Source: Azolla caroliniana
Taxonomy: Eukaryota; Plantae; Polypodiophyta
DNA: 64,000 nucleotides
Direction: 5' to 3'
Assembly (NCBI GenBank): GCA_043228905.1
Contig: JBHGNT010000005.1
Location: forward strand, 19,654,001 to 19,718,000
Below the pieces are notes generated by a model. It was not told where the DNA came from and made no database searches. It saw only the letters and a list, made by a program, of their open reading frames with translations. Each line of letters begins with the position of its first letter. Within the stretch, counting starts at the first letter, position 1. Made by a program: the position numbers and the translations under genes. Below are positions 14,001-28,474 of this stretch, piece by piece.

Positions 14001-17000
14001 AATTATAAAATAATAATGGCAGGCAATCGACATGCAACGGGGAAGAAAAAATTTGGTTAAAGCAAATGAAATTAAGCAAGTGTTGACAGGCAATACGAAT
14101 ATTTGATAATACAGAGATATTTAGTATGATTAAAATGGTTTAGCCAAGGTTCAAAGACTTGAGAATACTTGAGTAATTAATAAGACACAAGGCCATTGTA
14201 ATTACTGTGAGGATCATGGCCCAAAATTTAATAATGTTCCTTACACTTATGATTTTCTATCTTGTTAGCAAGAAGACAACATGATTCTAAATGTTCCATC
14301 AAATATGTCGAAAGTGGTAGGTTAGATAAATATTCTACAACAAAACTAACTCTTTTTGCATAAGTTATTTTCACAAAGATTGGTGAGGCATGATAAACTT
14401 CCATTTGCTAAGAGCTTGGCAATGTTTGTTGCCGAATCTTGTGCATAAACATCCTATATGGGAGGACAAGTGGAAAAGGCAACCAATTTGCTAGAACCCC
14501 TTGATTCAGGATAATTATGGTAATATGTTGGGAAGAAGGTCAAGATTAAATAGGGTGGCGGTTAATGATGCATTTGTGGCTAATGTTGGTACTTGGTTGA
14601 TCTTTAAGGAATCTTCTAGGGATGTCAAGGAACAAGTTTTGAAATCAATAAGAGGTAGTACGTTAATGTTTTAGGAGATAGGTAATGCTTGTAATAGGGT
14701 TTTGCCTTCTTCTTTTAATTCAAACCATGTATGGTACGGGGCATTCTCTTCCTTTAATGTCTTAATAATTTGGAGCAAGAGCTTATACATATAATGAATC
14801 TTTCTTGGCATATGTAATAGCTTCTGAGGGAAAATTGCAATGGGTTTTTGTGGAGGATGAGCTTCTCAATTTAGTGGAGTGGAAGCCTATTAGGGTGGTT
14901 GCAAAAATAGAGACTAGCCACAAACACAGGGTGTCCTATCCGGAACACGTATCCAAAGGGTTGGTTGGGATATCAATGTTTATCCGTTACAGATCCGACA
15001 AGTTATACTTAACCCTCCGGCTATTTCCGAATTGCCGTACGAACTACTTTGTATGTAACTGATTCTTAATTACACACGTACAATTAACAATTATAGTACA
15101 AACGGCAGTACACAAGAGGGACAATAAGATTAACAAGAAACACGCTTAAATTTGTATTACTTATGTAAAGTTGTGACTGTTGAGGTCATATTTGTAAATG
15201 GCCCCAAATTTATATAAGTATAAATATAACTAGGGCAATAACTATTATGTATTATTGTGTGTTGTAAAGTGAGAGTGAGAGAGAGAGAGATACAAAAGTT
15301 ACTTCTATTGTAACCGCATGTTGGTGAAGTCATAGAGCTCAAGGTCGTTGCCTCCGAGTGCCACATTGTTTTACCTCTCTGCTATAGTGATTATGTTCGG
15401 AATGTACGAACTCCCGTGGTTTTGCCTCTTGAGGTTTTCCATGCTAATATCTGGTGTCGTCTCTTTTAACTTGTGAAGTGCATTGTTACTTTCTATTTAA
15501 TCTTCCATTTGTATTATGATACTCGGTCGTGGCCAAGTACGATTCTCATCAATCTGGTATCAGAGCTTGTTTGTGTTTTACGCTTCAAACAAAGAAAGAG
15601 AGTGGAAGAGTCATTCGGCGGCATGTTCAAACTCACTGGCTCCAATTGTCTAGTGCGGAAGTCGAAGATGAGAGACATGCTAGTGGTAAAAGATCTCTAG
15701 CTACCGCCACAGTTTGGAGATAAAAGTCCGAACAAGATCAATGCCACAATCTAGGAAGTAATGCATATGAAGACGACGACATACATAAGATGCTTCATCG
15801 ACATGAGCCTGTACAATAACTTCATGACGAGAATAAGGCCCATGAACTCTGGGAGAAGATTGGCACGATGTTGCAGTAAATCAAGTCTCAATATTCCAGA
15901 AGATAGTGAGGCTCCGGTATCAGGACGATGCCAATGTGCTAGAGCATATGAACTCCTTTACGGAAGATAAACCAGACTATCTCGCTCGAAGTACCGTTAG
16001 CCGACGAGGTACTGGCATTGTTGTTGCTCGAATCCCTTCCGAATAGTTGGGAGACGCTGGTCGTCACACTGAGCAACGTCGAAACGGAAGGAAAGAACTT
16101 ATCGCTGGCAAGAGTGAAGTCAACTTTGCTAAACGAAGGATCGGGGGTCCAGAACCGACCCGAAAGCCTTAGGCACAAAAGACGACACAAACCGAGAAAG
16201 AGGCCAGAACTGAAGTCCCCCGAACCAGGACAAATTGGGGACGAGGTCGAAGTCGAGGGGGAAGCCTACCTATTTCTATTGCAGGAAATTGTGGCATTTC
16301 CCAAAAAATTGCTGACACTTCTAGAAAGCGAAAGGGTGAGCTAACGGTTCGGAACCGAAGAAGATTTCAGAGAGAAAAAGAACGTCGACAATTGCGATAG
16401 GTGAAGGGGAACTGCTACTAATCACCTTGCTAGCATTCAATCAACATGGGTGGCCGACTCCGAAGCGTCGTTTCATCTGACCCCCGACCGGAAGTGCTTA
16501 TCATGATACAAAGTCAGTGATCATGGTTGTGTAAGGATGGGGAATGAAGGAGCATGCCGAATTGTTGGCATAGGAGATGTGTGGCTGACAACGTCAACCT
16601 AGTGGAAGTTGCTATTGAAAGATGTCTGACATATTTCGGAGGTTCGACTCAACCTGATATCAACTGGTCAGCTAGACGATGAACGCTACACTGATAGCAT
16701 CCTGAATGACACAATGAAGTTTTGCAAAGGAAGTGTCACGACACAGTGACGTCAAATACGTAGTTATTGAAGATTGAACCTACTAACTCACATCTACAAG
16801 ACTTCATGCTCAACCATCTAGATATGAGCATGTATTTATATATAATATATGAGTATTGTATATTGTTGAGCGGACAAGCCCAACGGGATCTAGATCGGCC
16901 GAATAAGCCAAAGCCAGATTGGTGTCCGGATCGTATCCAGAACGAGGAGCAGAATTAGTATTTGAAAACTGGGGAACTGGATCGTACTCTAGAATAGTGT

Positions 17001-17085
17001 GAACCGGTAGGTTGTTGGAGTCCTACGGTCTAAGCTGGTCCTTGGAGTTAGTGTAGAGGCTCATTATTTTGAAATCAAGTTTGGT

Positions 17086-17159
<74 letters not shown>

Positions 17160-18098
17160 GCGTATGTGTTAAGGTTTCCATTAAACCTTCATCTCTACTT
17201 TCTATTGTTCTTTTGTCATCCGGCTAAGCCAGGCTTGTCTACGCTTCCGCACGCTATCGTTTACATGCTACCAACAAGCGACCAGTACAAACAAACCCTA
17301 ACGCCCGGTAAAGAACAAGGAGAGAATGGATTGAGGAATGGCTAGCTCGCTCCCAAAGGAGAAGCTCAACAAATCCAACTATGCATCTTGGTCATACAAA
17401 ATGCACCAACACCTACTCGGGCATGTCTACTGGAGTTATGTCGATGGAGCAAATGATACAGCACCTGATGCGGCACTCAGGGACTTTCTAGCTTAGGATC
17501 AAGCGGCAAGTAGGGTAATGTACTGCTTCGCTTCCAACGTCAGTGATCAGCTGCTCAGCCATATCCGGGACGCCAAGATGCCAAAGGAAGCTAGGGGAAA
17601 CCTAAGAAAGGTCTTCGCCGCAAGCACCACAGACCGGAAGCTACAACTCCGACAGGAGTTGAGCAATGTTAGGCAGAAGGACATGTCGATGGCCAACTAC
17701 ACGGCCCGGATTAAAGACATCTACCACTCACTTGCCTCCATCAATGTGACCATCGAGGAAGATGAGATGGTGCAAGTCTGTCTTAGGGGCCTAGCGTCAA
17801 AGTTCGGAACATTCCGGACGGAGGTATGTGCAAGGGAGAATACTCCTTTTTTCAACTTACAGTCGATGCTCCTTGTAGAGGAGAACCATGCAGGTGCGTT
17901 GACGAGTATGCACACCGACAACAAAATGTTGTACATGCACGTAGAAAGGCCTCGTGGACGTGGAGGTCAAAGTGCATCAGCACACAATAGAGGTGGTCGA
18001 CAAGGGCAAAACCGGAGGCACAAAGACAATGCCGACAGCAGTACCAGACCCTCCGGAAGTATGGGGAGTCAAGGCGGTACCGGAAGTTGGCAAGGAAA

Positions 18099-21000
18099 TG
18101 TTGGGAATTTGGTCCCTCCGGATGGGATCCAGATGAAAACCGGATGAACTAGATCGGACGAGCCGGATGAAGGAACCGGATCCGGAAGGGTTCTGGATGA
18201 GACCCAGAAACCAGATCGAGTGAACCTAGATGGATTCGGTGCAAACCGGATCCAAGGAAATATATGTAAATATTTTTCATAGTGAGCCCATCGAGGCTAT
18301 ATTTGTAAATAGCCCAAATTTCATATAAGTATAAATATGACTTAGGGCAATCACTTTATGTGTGATGTGATTATTACGAGTTGTTGTAGAGTTGTTGTAT
18401 ATATAGAGAGAGAGGTATGCATAGAACTAGTTTTCTGTTTGTAACCGCCATTGACGAAGACATAGAGCTCGATGTCGTTGCCTTTGAGTGTCACTTTATA
18501 TTCCTCCTCTCATAGTGATAGTTGGAATCCGTAGGCTCCCCTGTTTTTTTCCTGTTTAGGGTTTTCCACGTAAACATCCTGTGTCGTCTCGGTTTTCAGA
18601 TTGTTCTCTTCTATTTCTTGTTGAAAACTTGGTCATGGTTGAGCGTTATTTTTGCACAAATTGGTATCAAAGCAAACAAAGGAAATGGAAGAATCATTCG
18701 GCAGCATGTTCAAGCTCACCGGCTCCAACTACCCAGTGTGGAAGTCGAAGATGAGGGACATGCTCCTGGTCAAAGAGCTATGGTTGCCAATACAATTCGA
18801 GGACAAGAAACCGAACAAGATTGATGCCACGATATGGGAGGTGATGCACATGAAGACAACAACGTACATCTAGTGCTTCATCGATATGAGCTTATATAAC
18901 AACTTCAATGAAGAAAGTAAAGCTCATGTGCTCTAGGAGAAAATCGGCACTATACTAGAGAGTAAAAACTCCATAAATCAGGTTTCAGTATTCCGGAAGT
19001 TAGTGAGATTCCAGTACCAGGACGGATTCAGCATGGCGGAGCACATGATCGCATTTAAGGGGCTCATAAACCAAACAACATCGCTCGAAGTACCTCTAGC
19101 CAACATCGCTCCCTCCCGGATTGTGGGGAGACGCTAGTTGTCACATTGGGCAACGCCAGGCCAGAAGGAAAGCAATTGTCCCTAGCAAGAGTAAAATCAA
19201 GCTTGCTAGATGAAGAAGCTCACCGGAAGGACCGGGAGTCCGGAACCGATTCGAAGGCCTTGGTCACAGAAGATGAGCATTACCGGGGAAGAGGCCAGTA
19301 TCGGAGTTCCCAAAACCGGGACAAATCGGGGATGAGGTCAAAGTCAAGGGGAAGCCCCACTTGCTTTTATTGCGAAAAGTCGGAGCATTTCCATGAGAAT
19401 TCCCGACACTTCTCGAAATCCAAAGGGGGAGCCAACGGACCAGAATCGAAGAAGATCTCGGAGAGAAGAGGAACATTGGAGATCGCGTAAAGTGAAGAAG
19501 AAATGATGCTCATTACCGAGGAGAATGAGTTAAACCTTGTCGGCGACGAGACAACGTGGGTTGTCGATTCCGGAGCATCGTTCCATTTGACACTGGACTG
19601 GAAATGTTTCTCATCCTACATAGCCAGAGATCATGGTTGTGTTCGGATGTGGAATGAAGGCACATGCCGAATTGTCGACATAGGAGACGTGTGGTTGATT
19701 ACATCAACCGGGTGCAAGTTGCTGCTAAAAGATGTCTAACACATTCTTGAGGTTCATTTGAACTTGATATCAGCCGGTCCGCTAGATGATGAAGGCTACA
19801 CTAGTAGCATCCGAAACGGAGTTATGAAATTCAGCAAATGTGATCGTGGCTCGAGCCCAGAAGATCAACACGTTATATCTTATGCATGCCTGAATATTCC
19901 GAGAAGAAGTGAACGTAGCATCCGACACTGCCTGGTGAGCTGTGGCACAAGAGGTTGTGTCACATGAGTTAGAAAGGGATGAAGAGACTTGCCGAAGACA
20001 ATCTCATTCCCGTGAAGGACATGCAACTTGAGAAGTGCACCGATTGCTTGGCCGCAAAGCAAAATCGAACCTCCTTCCGGTGAAGAACACCGATGAGACA
20101 GAATGCACCACTGGAGTTGGTGCATACTGATGTGTGTCAAGTGGACACGAAGTCACATGCTGGATCAGAGTACTGTGTGACGTTCATAGATGACCACAAC
20201 CGGAAGTTGTGGGTCTCACTACTGAAGACAAGGATCAGGTGCTATCCATCTTCAAGGAACTCCACGCGAGAGTGGAAAGAGAAACTGGCCAGAAACTGAA
20301 GGCGGTTCGAGCTCAGATAACAGAGGAGAGTACCGGGGGCAGTTCGAGGAGTACTGTCGGTCGAAGGGAATCTGACTTGAATTCACTGTACCGAAGACAC
20401 CGGAACTAAACGGGATGGCGAGTGGATGAACCGGATTGTGATGGAGAGAGTCCAGAGCATGGTGGCACATGCAAAGTTACCCAAGACATTTTGGGTTGAG
20501 GCGCTGATGACGACAACGTACGTGATTAACATGTCACCCTTGGCATCCTTGGAAGGAGACACACCACAAAGAGTATGGACCGGTAAAGACGTGTCTTACC
20601 GGCATCTGAAGGTGTTTGGGTGTCTCGTATATGTGCATGTTCCAAAGGACAAGAGAGAAAAGTTGGATCCGAAGTCCAGTTCATGCATATTCCTTGGATA
20701 CGGCGATGATGAGTTCGGTTACCGGGTGTGGGATTTGGTCGACAAGAAGGTATTCCGGAATGGGGACATTATCTTCATGGAGGATAAGACCATTGCCGAT
20801 TGGGAGTCGGAGAAAAAGATAATGAATTCCGACTCGATAGGCAAAGATCAACTAAAGGAGCTGAGGACCCATCCGGCCGAAAGCCGGATGATGCTCGACG
20901 AACCAGTCGGATTCGGACAAGAAACCGAACCGACCGAAGAAGAAGAAGAAGGAGACACCGGAATTGGACAAGACCCCGAATTAGATTCGGATGAAGAACA

Positions 21001-23188
21001 AACGGAAGAACCGGTAGTTGAAGACCAAAGCTGGAGATACCCTCTCAGGGAGAGAAGAGCTCCCCGGAGATTTCCAGATGTAGAGCACGTATTTTATGAC
21101 CGATGAGGGGGAGCTAGAAAGCTTCGAAGAATCAAAGAAAGACACCCACATCTGCAAGTGGTTGAGTGCCATGCAGGACGAGATGGATTCCCTGCATTAG
21201 AACTACACATACGAACTGATGGAACTGCCGAAAGAAAAGAGGGCACTTCGAAACAAGTGGGTGTACAAGTTGAAACCAGGAGACGCCGGAAATCCACCAA
21301 GGTATAAGGCCCGGATCGTGGTGAAGGCTTTCTGCAGAAGAAAGGAGTGAAGTTTGATGAGATCTTTGCCCCAGTAGTAAAGATGACTTCCATCCGGACA
21401 GGATTGGGCATAACAGCAAGCATGGACCTTGAGGTAGAGCAATTGGACATCAAGATAACATTCCTACATGGTGACCTCGACGAAGAGATCTACATGCATC
21501 AAACGGAAGGATTTGAGAAAAAAGGGAAGGAGCACTTGGTGTGCAAGCTGAAGAAGAGCTTATATGGTTTGAAGGAAGCTCCCCGGCAATGGTACCAGAA
21601 GTTCGACTCCTTCAAGGGTACCACAAAATGCAAGCCGATCACTACGTGTGTGTGAAAAAATTTGATGGAGGCGATTTCCTGATACTCCTTGTGTACGTGG
21701 AGAACATGTTGATCGTTGGACCGAACCGAACCAAAATCGGAATGCTGAAGAAGACCTTGAACCGGACCTTCTCCATGAAAGATTTGGGTTCGGCAAGACA
21801 AATCTTAGGGATGCACATCATCCGGGAATGAAAGAAGTAGCTATTGTGGTTGTCACAAGAAAAATACGTGACAAAAGTGATTCAACGGTTCAACATGTCA
21901 GATGCAAAACCGGTCGAATCGACACTCCTAGCAAACTGCAAGTTATCAGGAAAGCAAAGCCCTAAGACAAAGGCAGCGAAGATAGATATGATGAAGATAC
22001 CATATGCCTCCACCATCGGGAGCTTGATGTACGCAATGGTGTGTACCCGGCCGGATATCGGATATGCAGTTGGAGTGGTGAGACGGTTCATGAGCAATCC
22101 CAGAAAAGAGCACTGGAACGAGGTCAAGTGGATACTTCAGTATTTGAAAGGCACCTCGAGTATGTGCCTCCGATTTGGCGCTAGTATACCCCAACTAGAT
22201 GGATTCATGGATTTGGATATGTCGGCTAATGCGGATACCAACCAGTCTACATCTGGATATGTTATGACGTATGCAGGGGGAGCCGTATCGTGGCAGTCGA
22301 GGTTGCAGAAGTTTGTTGCACTATCAACAACGGAAGCGGAGTATATGGCAGCTGTGGAAGCCGGCAAGAAAGTAATCTGGATGAAGGACTTCATTGGAGA
22401 GTTAGGGATTTGACAAGAGCAGTACCGACTCTACTGCGACAATCAAAGTGTCATCCACCTTGCGAAGAATGCGGCCTACCATTCCAAGACCAAGCACATC
22501 CAGAGGAGATATCACTGACTCCGGGAGAAGGTAGAAGATCAAGACTTCGTGCTGACCAAGGTGCTTTCAACTAACAAGCTGGACGCGTGCCGAAGACGGA
22601 TCAGATTAACGAGAAATCCCATGCAAGAGTGAAGGGGGAGTTTATTGGGAATTCGGCCCTCCAGATGGATCCAGATGAGAACTAGAGGAGCTGGATCGAA
22701 TGAGTTGGACGAAGGAACCGGATCCGAAAGGGTTCCGGATGATACCTGGAAACCAAATCGAGTGAATCCAGATGGATCCGGTGCAAACCGGATCCAAGGA
22801 CATATGTGTAAATATGTTTCATAGTGAGCCCATCGAGGCTATATTTGTAAATAGCCCAAATGTCATATAAGTATAAATATGACTTAGGGCAATCACTTTA
22901 TGTGCGATGTGATTATTGATGAGTTGTTGTAGAGTTGTTGTATACATATATATAACAACTAGTTTTCTATTTGTAACTGCCATTAGCGAAGACCTAGAGC
23001 TCAAGGTCGTTGCCTCTGAGTCTCACTTTGTATTCCTCCTCTCATAGTGATAGTTGGAGTCTGTAGACTTCTATGGTTTTTTCCCGTTTAGGTTTTTTTA
23101 CATAAACATCCTATGTCATCTCAGTTTTCAGATTGTTCTCTTCTATTCCTTGTTGAAGAATTGGTCGTGGCCGAGTGTTATTTCCACA
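18099..23188 (+). mobile_element. Ty1/Copia element C (same lineage as A), near full length with frameshifts and stops, inserted in gag of B
   Basis: LTRs 18099..~18658 and 22643..~23188; PBS tggtatcaaagc. gag, CFYC knuckle, protease WVVDSGASFH, integrase, RT, RH (ALSTTEAEY), PPT. TSD imperfect (ggaaa / tgaaa). Confidence 0.92.
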
Positions 23189-26089
23189 CCTGAAAGACCG
23201 CAACAAACTGTTGGTATTGTAGCTGGAAAGGCCACAAAGAAAGAAAGTTCTAGAAGAAAAGAGTTGATTCGGACAAAGCTAAATCGAGCCGGAAAGACGT
23301 AGACAAGCGTCACCGATTGCACTTTGTCGGAGGCTCAGAGAGAGTCAGGTCGGGACCGGCCCTCGTAATGAAGCATAAGGCCAACCAGAGCTTCCAAGCA
23401 CATGACGAACTGCAAAGAATGGTTCTCCTTTCTCGAGAAGCTAGAGAAGTCAGGGTGGTCGAAATAGGAGACGACACCCCACAACCCATCGAGCACATTG
23501 GGGATGTCCTATTGAGCCATGTCAGTTAGAAGGGAATCATGAGGAACATCCTACATGTTCCGATGATCACCAAGAACTTGGTGTCGGTTGGCCAGATTGT
23601 GGATCAAGGAATGTAGGTTTGGTTCACTCACCACGAATGTTGCATCAAGGAGGAAGGTCGGGTCATCGCGCAAGGGCATCGGGATGGAAGAATGTTCATC
23701 CTAGAAACCAATTATGTGGGCATTGTTATGTCCGCAAAAGGGGAGAAGGCTGAGTTGACATTGAATTGTGGCATAAGTTGATAGGCCACATCAACTTCAA
23801 GAAGCTTCAAGAGATGCAGTTGAAACATGTTGTTTCTGGACTGCCGAAGTTCAGTGGCCGGAAAGGCCAAATATGTGAAGCTTTCCAGCTCGGCAAGAAG
23901 CATAGGCTTCCATTGCCAAATGAGAGGAATTGGAATTGGAATCTGCTCGATCATATCCATTCGGATGTGTGGGGACCAACACAAAACGTGAGCATCAGCG
24001 GGAGTCGATATTTCGTCTCCTTCATCGACGATTTCAGCCGACGCTGCTAGATCTATTTGATCAAGATGAAGAGTGAAGTCTTCTCGTGCTTTCGGGATCT
24101 AAAGAGTCATGTCAAATGAGAAATAGGAAGGAAGATTAAGTGTTTGATATCGGATGGCGGAAAAGAGTACTTTTCTGGCCAAATCACGAGTTATCTGCAG
24201 ACCAAGGGAATTCGTCCAAAGTTCTCGTATAGGTACATGCCGGAGTAGAACGGCGAGGCCGAACGTCGGAATTGGATAATAGTAGAAGCAACAAGGGTGA
24301 TTCTAGAGGAGAAGAGCATGCCCCAGATTTATTGGGCTGAAGCAATTCGGACAACAGTCTACATTCAGAATTAGATATATGCCTCAGGGACAAAGGTGTC
24401 ACCGCACGAATTGTACTTCGAGCGGAAGCCAAATTCAACATTTCTTATGTGCATGTGCCAGATGAGAAGCGAAAGAAACTGGATGCAAAATCCGAGAAGG
24501 GCATCCTGGTTGGCTACTCCGACGAGCAGAAGGGGTACAAGTGCTACATTCCAAGAAAGTCTGTGTTAGCCGTGATGTCGTTTTCGACAAATCTGCATCA
24601 TGGTATGTCTCATCACCCGAACCCGGGTCGATTGTTGCGGATGAGGCAGCGAATTCCAGATTAGAGGGAAGCATAGCAGAATCCGAACTCCTAGATAGTT
24701 CGACTTCCATCTAGGTCAGTGGACCGAATCCAGACTGGTTGAGCCGAAGCAGTCAACCGGATGATGAAACGGTGAGTAGTGAAGACTCAGCCAGCTATGC
24801 TCTCCCTACGTAAGGAGCCAATGAGATGGTTCACACGCAAAGAAAAAGGGAAGAAGAAAATGTCAGAATATGACACGGGCAGGGAAGAGACAGATCAGAG
24901 CGAATCCTACTCCGAAAGAACCAAGACAGACCTTCGCAAGAGAAGTCTGAGTCGGCCAAGAGGGCCACGAAATCGGTGAACCAGAAGTTGCATTGATCCA
25001 CCTACCAAAAGCTCCCTGTAGTTTGATATAGAGACAATGAGTATATGGTGCATCAGTATGTGTACATGGTGAAGGTGGCAGCCATGCGTGAGCCGGAGAG
25101 CTACGCCGAAGCGGCTAAGGATCCAAACTGGCAGAAGACCATGGAGGAAGAAATGCACACGCCCATGGAAAATGAGACATGGGACTTGGTGGACATACCA
25201 AAAGGAGTGAAGTCGATCAGTTGCCGGTGGGTGTATAAAGTCAAGTACAATGTTGATGGTTCCATTAATAGGTACAAGGCCCGACTGGTGGCCAAAGGCT
25301 ATGCGTAGCAGCACAGAATCGATTATGATGAGACCTATGTACCAGTCACGAAGATGACAACTCTTCGTGTCTTGCTTGCGATGGTAGTGGTGAAGGGGTG
25401 GCATCTACATCAGATGGATGTGAAAAATGTGTTCGTGCAAGGCGACCTTGAGGAACAGGTGTATATGGTTAAGCCCCCCGGATTTTAGTTCGGAATGAAC
25501 ATGTCAGTTGTTTGCCAACTGAAGAAGTCCCTTTACAGACTGAAGCCATCCTCGCATGCCCAGAACGTGAAGATCATGCAACGATTGTGTCCGATGGGGT
25601 TTGCCACATCCAAGTCGGATTCTTCACTCTTCATCCGACAAGGTTCGAACGGACCGGTTAGTATTTTACTTTATGTTGATGATTTAGTCATTGTCGGTGC
25701 CGACCTTGCAGAAATCAATCGCATCAAGTCACACAACTAGCGGTATCGTTCGAAATGAAGGATCTCAGTGACCTTCATTACTTCCTCGGGATCGAAGTGA
25801 TCTGCACCCCCCGAAGACATATTAATTAGTCTACGCCACTATGTGTTGAGTATGCTCTTCAAATTCAGTATGACGGAATGCAAATCTGTCACAACTCCTC
25901 TAGTTAGGAATGTGAAGCTTCTCCTTGACTCCGGAACGGTAAGCAACCCGAAAAGGTTCCGACAAATAGTCGGAAGCCTCATATATCTAACCATCATCCA
26001 GCCAGATCTCAACTATCCGTTTGAACTTATTAGTGAATTCATGGTGCATCCAACTATGGAGCATCTTCAGTGTGCACAACGAATACTCA

Positions 26090-26342
26090 ACAGCGGCACC
26101 AAGGACTGGGGATTTCTGTATCAGGCCGGTATAGCCGAATATCTTGTTAGCTATACGGATGCCGATTGGGCTAGAAACAACGGCACTAAGGACTGGGGAT
26201 TTCTGTATCAGGCCGGTATAGCCGAATATCTTGTAGCTATACGGATGCCGATTGGGCTAGAAACAACGGCACTAAGGACTGGGGATTTCTGTATCAGGCC
26301 GGTATAGCTGAATAGCTTGTTGGCTACACGGATGCCGATTGG
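26090..26342 (+). repeat. 87/86-bp tandem triplication in the RT-RNase H junction of Copia B
   Basis: cggcac(c/t)aaggactgggg at 26094, 26181 and 26267. Confidence 0.95.
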
Positions 26343-27543
26343 CGATTGAAGGTCAACTTCTGGATTTGCGTTTTCACTTGGAAGTGCTACGATCGCCTGG
26401 AGAAGCAAGAAGTAGCCGAAAGTTTCCCTATTGAGCATCGAGGCTGAGTATCGAGGAGCTGTTGTCACAACATGCAAAGTCATTTGTCTCAAGAGGCTCC
26501 TAAAGGATCTGCAGATGAAGGTGTCCGATCCGACGACGATCTACTGTGACAACTTCAACAGTATCCAGTTGGTGAAAAATCCCATTTTCCACGCCCGAAC
26601 CAAGCACATTGAGGTCCATTACCATTTTTTCCTTGAGTGTGTCCTCTCCGGTGAAGTTGAACTAGTGTATGTTCCAACGGATCGGTAGGTGGCCAATATA
26701 TTCACCAAACCCTTAGGTCTTGACAAGTTGCGGCAATTTTCGGGCATGCTTGGTGTGCAGCGCATTGACTTGCCGATCATGAGGGGAGGAATGAAAGGAA
26801 TGAAAAGGGGAGAGATGGTTGAGTCGGAAAAGAAGAATTCCGGAAAGCTGAATCGGATGCCAAACTCGATTTCGGTCTGACTGAAGAAGTCAGAGTGTTC
26901 AGATCGGCTAAAGAAGTCGAGGATGGATGGACACATGCAGATAGGAGAGACAAGTGGAGACTTGTCAGACACAGGGGGGGCACCCATAAGGGAAAGCCGG
27001 AGCCCAAGCCAACCGAAAAAGGGGAAGGTAAAGCCAAGAAGGCTAAGAAGACCAAGACACGGATGTGCTCTAATGTCGTGAAGGGTCTGAAGACCAAAGA
27101 CGAGTGGAGACAGCCAGCTCGGACAGAGAAGACAACGAATCGAAGACAACTTATTCGGTAGGGATTCGAAGTGAATCAGAAGCACCCGAATCAATCGAAA
27201 TGTTCTGCCGAATCGATTGGCCAAGCACTCGAGAGCACAACAAAAGTCGACACTTACACATAAGAGCCGGCGGATCGAGAAGCACCAAAATCGCGATAAC
27301 GACGAAGCTCACTTGGGCCAAGGGAGCAAACAAACCGACCGAGAAGGTCGAGGTGCGCGGAGTCGTACGGGTCGTGGGAAGAGGAACCGGACCGGATGAG
27401 GAGCGCGAGCCATGCACGAAGATACCAGGAGGAGCCAAAGAAGACGACCGGCAGACACAGACACAACAATCTGACCTCAAGTTGAGCTTGAGGGGGAGTG
27501 TTGAGCAGACAAGCTCAACTGGATCTGGATCGGCTTAATACGC

Positions 27544-28474
27544 TGTCGTGAAGGATTTGCTTCACGATATAAAAATAAATTTAAATATTGAATTCAATAA
27601 TATTTCAAACACTTGAACCTACAACCTTATAAGCCAAGCACAATGTATATACCACTAGGGTAGGCTATTTGTTTTTAGAAATGTTGTCAAGAATGTGCTT
27701 CACTATATAAGAATAAACTTAAATATTGTATTAAGTAAAATTGAGGGACTTCAACCCTCAACCTTGTATATCAAGCACAAAGCATACACCACTAAGCTAG
27801 GTTATTTGTTTTAGGGTTATATCCATCATTATACTTATCACAATACATGGGAGCTCAAATGAGCATGATGGCTTTCATGCATCACATGCAATGCATGTGC
27901 GCCAAATGGCGATCATGCATCAGATGTAACTCATGCATTACATGCATGCCATTACCATATGCATGGAAATACTTATAAAAAGAGGGGATAGGAAAACAAA
28001 AGGGAAGCGATCAAGAGAAAGTGGGAGAAAAAGGAGTCTAAGCAAGTGTTAAAGATATCTTATTCGGTGAAGAGCCTCGCGTTTCAAAGTGGAAGTCGTG
28101 GGTTCAAATCAAGGGTCGGTATTGAAAAGATTCATCTTACGATCAAGGATTGTAAAGTTGGTAAAATATTATATTTTTAATATACATCATGTTTATATCA
28201 TATACTCTTGTTTCTTGAATCATACTTTGTCTCAATCTTCTTTCTAGAATCATACTTTGTCTCAATTTTCTTTCTTGAATCATACATTGTCTCTATCTTT
28301 TATCTATGCTTGTCTCTCTCTCTCTCACACACACACATTACTCGTAACTCTTCTTCGTACTATCCTTAACCATTCTATCATCACCATACAAGCCTTATTA
28401 AAAGTTAAGTTCCTTCAACTCCCCTTAACCTTAGTCCCCGCGACTTCGCCACACGAACCACAACTACCCCGACA
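27544..28474 (+). mobile_element. Solo LTR of the Trp-primed Ty3 clade inserted in the 3' LTR of Copia B
   Basis: TGTCGTGAAG...CCCCGACA termini; 4-bp TSD ACGC (27540..27543, 28475..28478). The host LTR resumes seamlessly. Confidence 0.88.

Noticed and set aside
11200-14900. Possible decayed DNA transposon (MULE/Helitron-like) coding remnants
   Set aside because: AT-rich with no convincing motif or termini recognisable by eye; needs tBLASTn/HMM.
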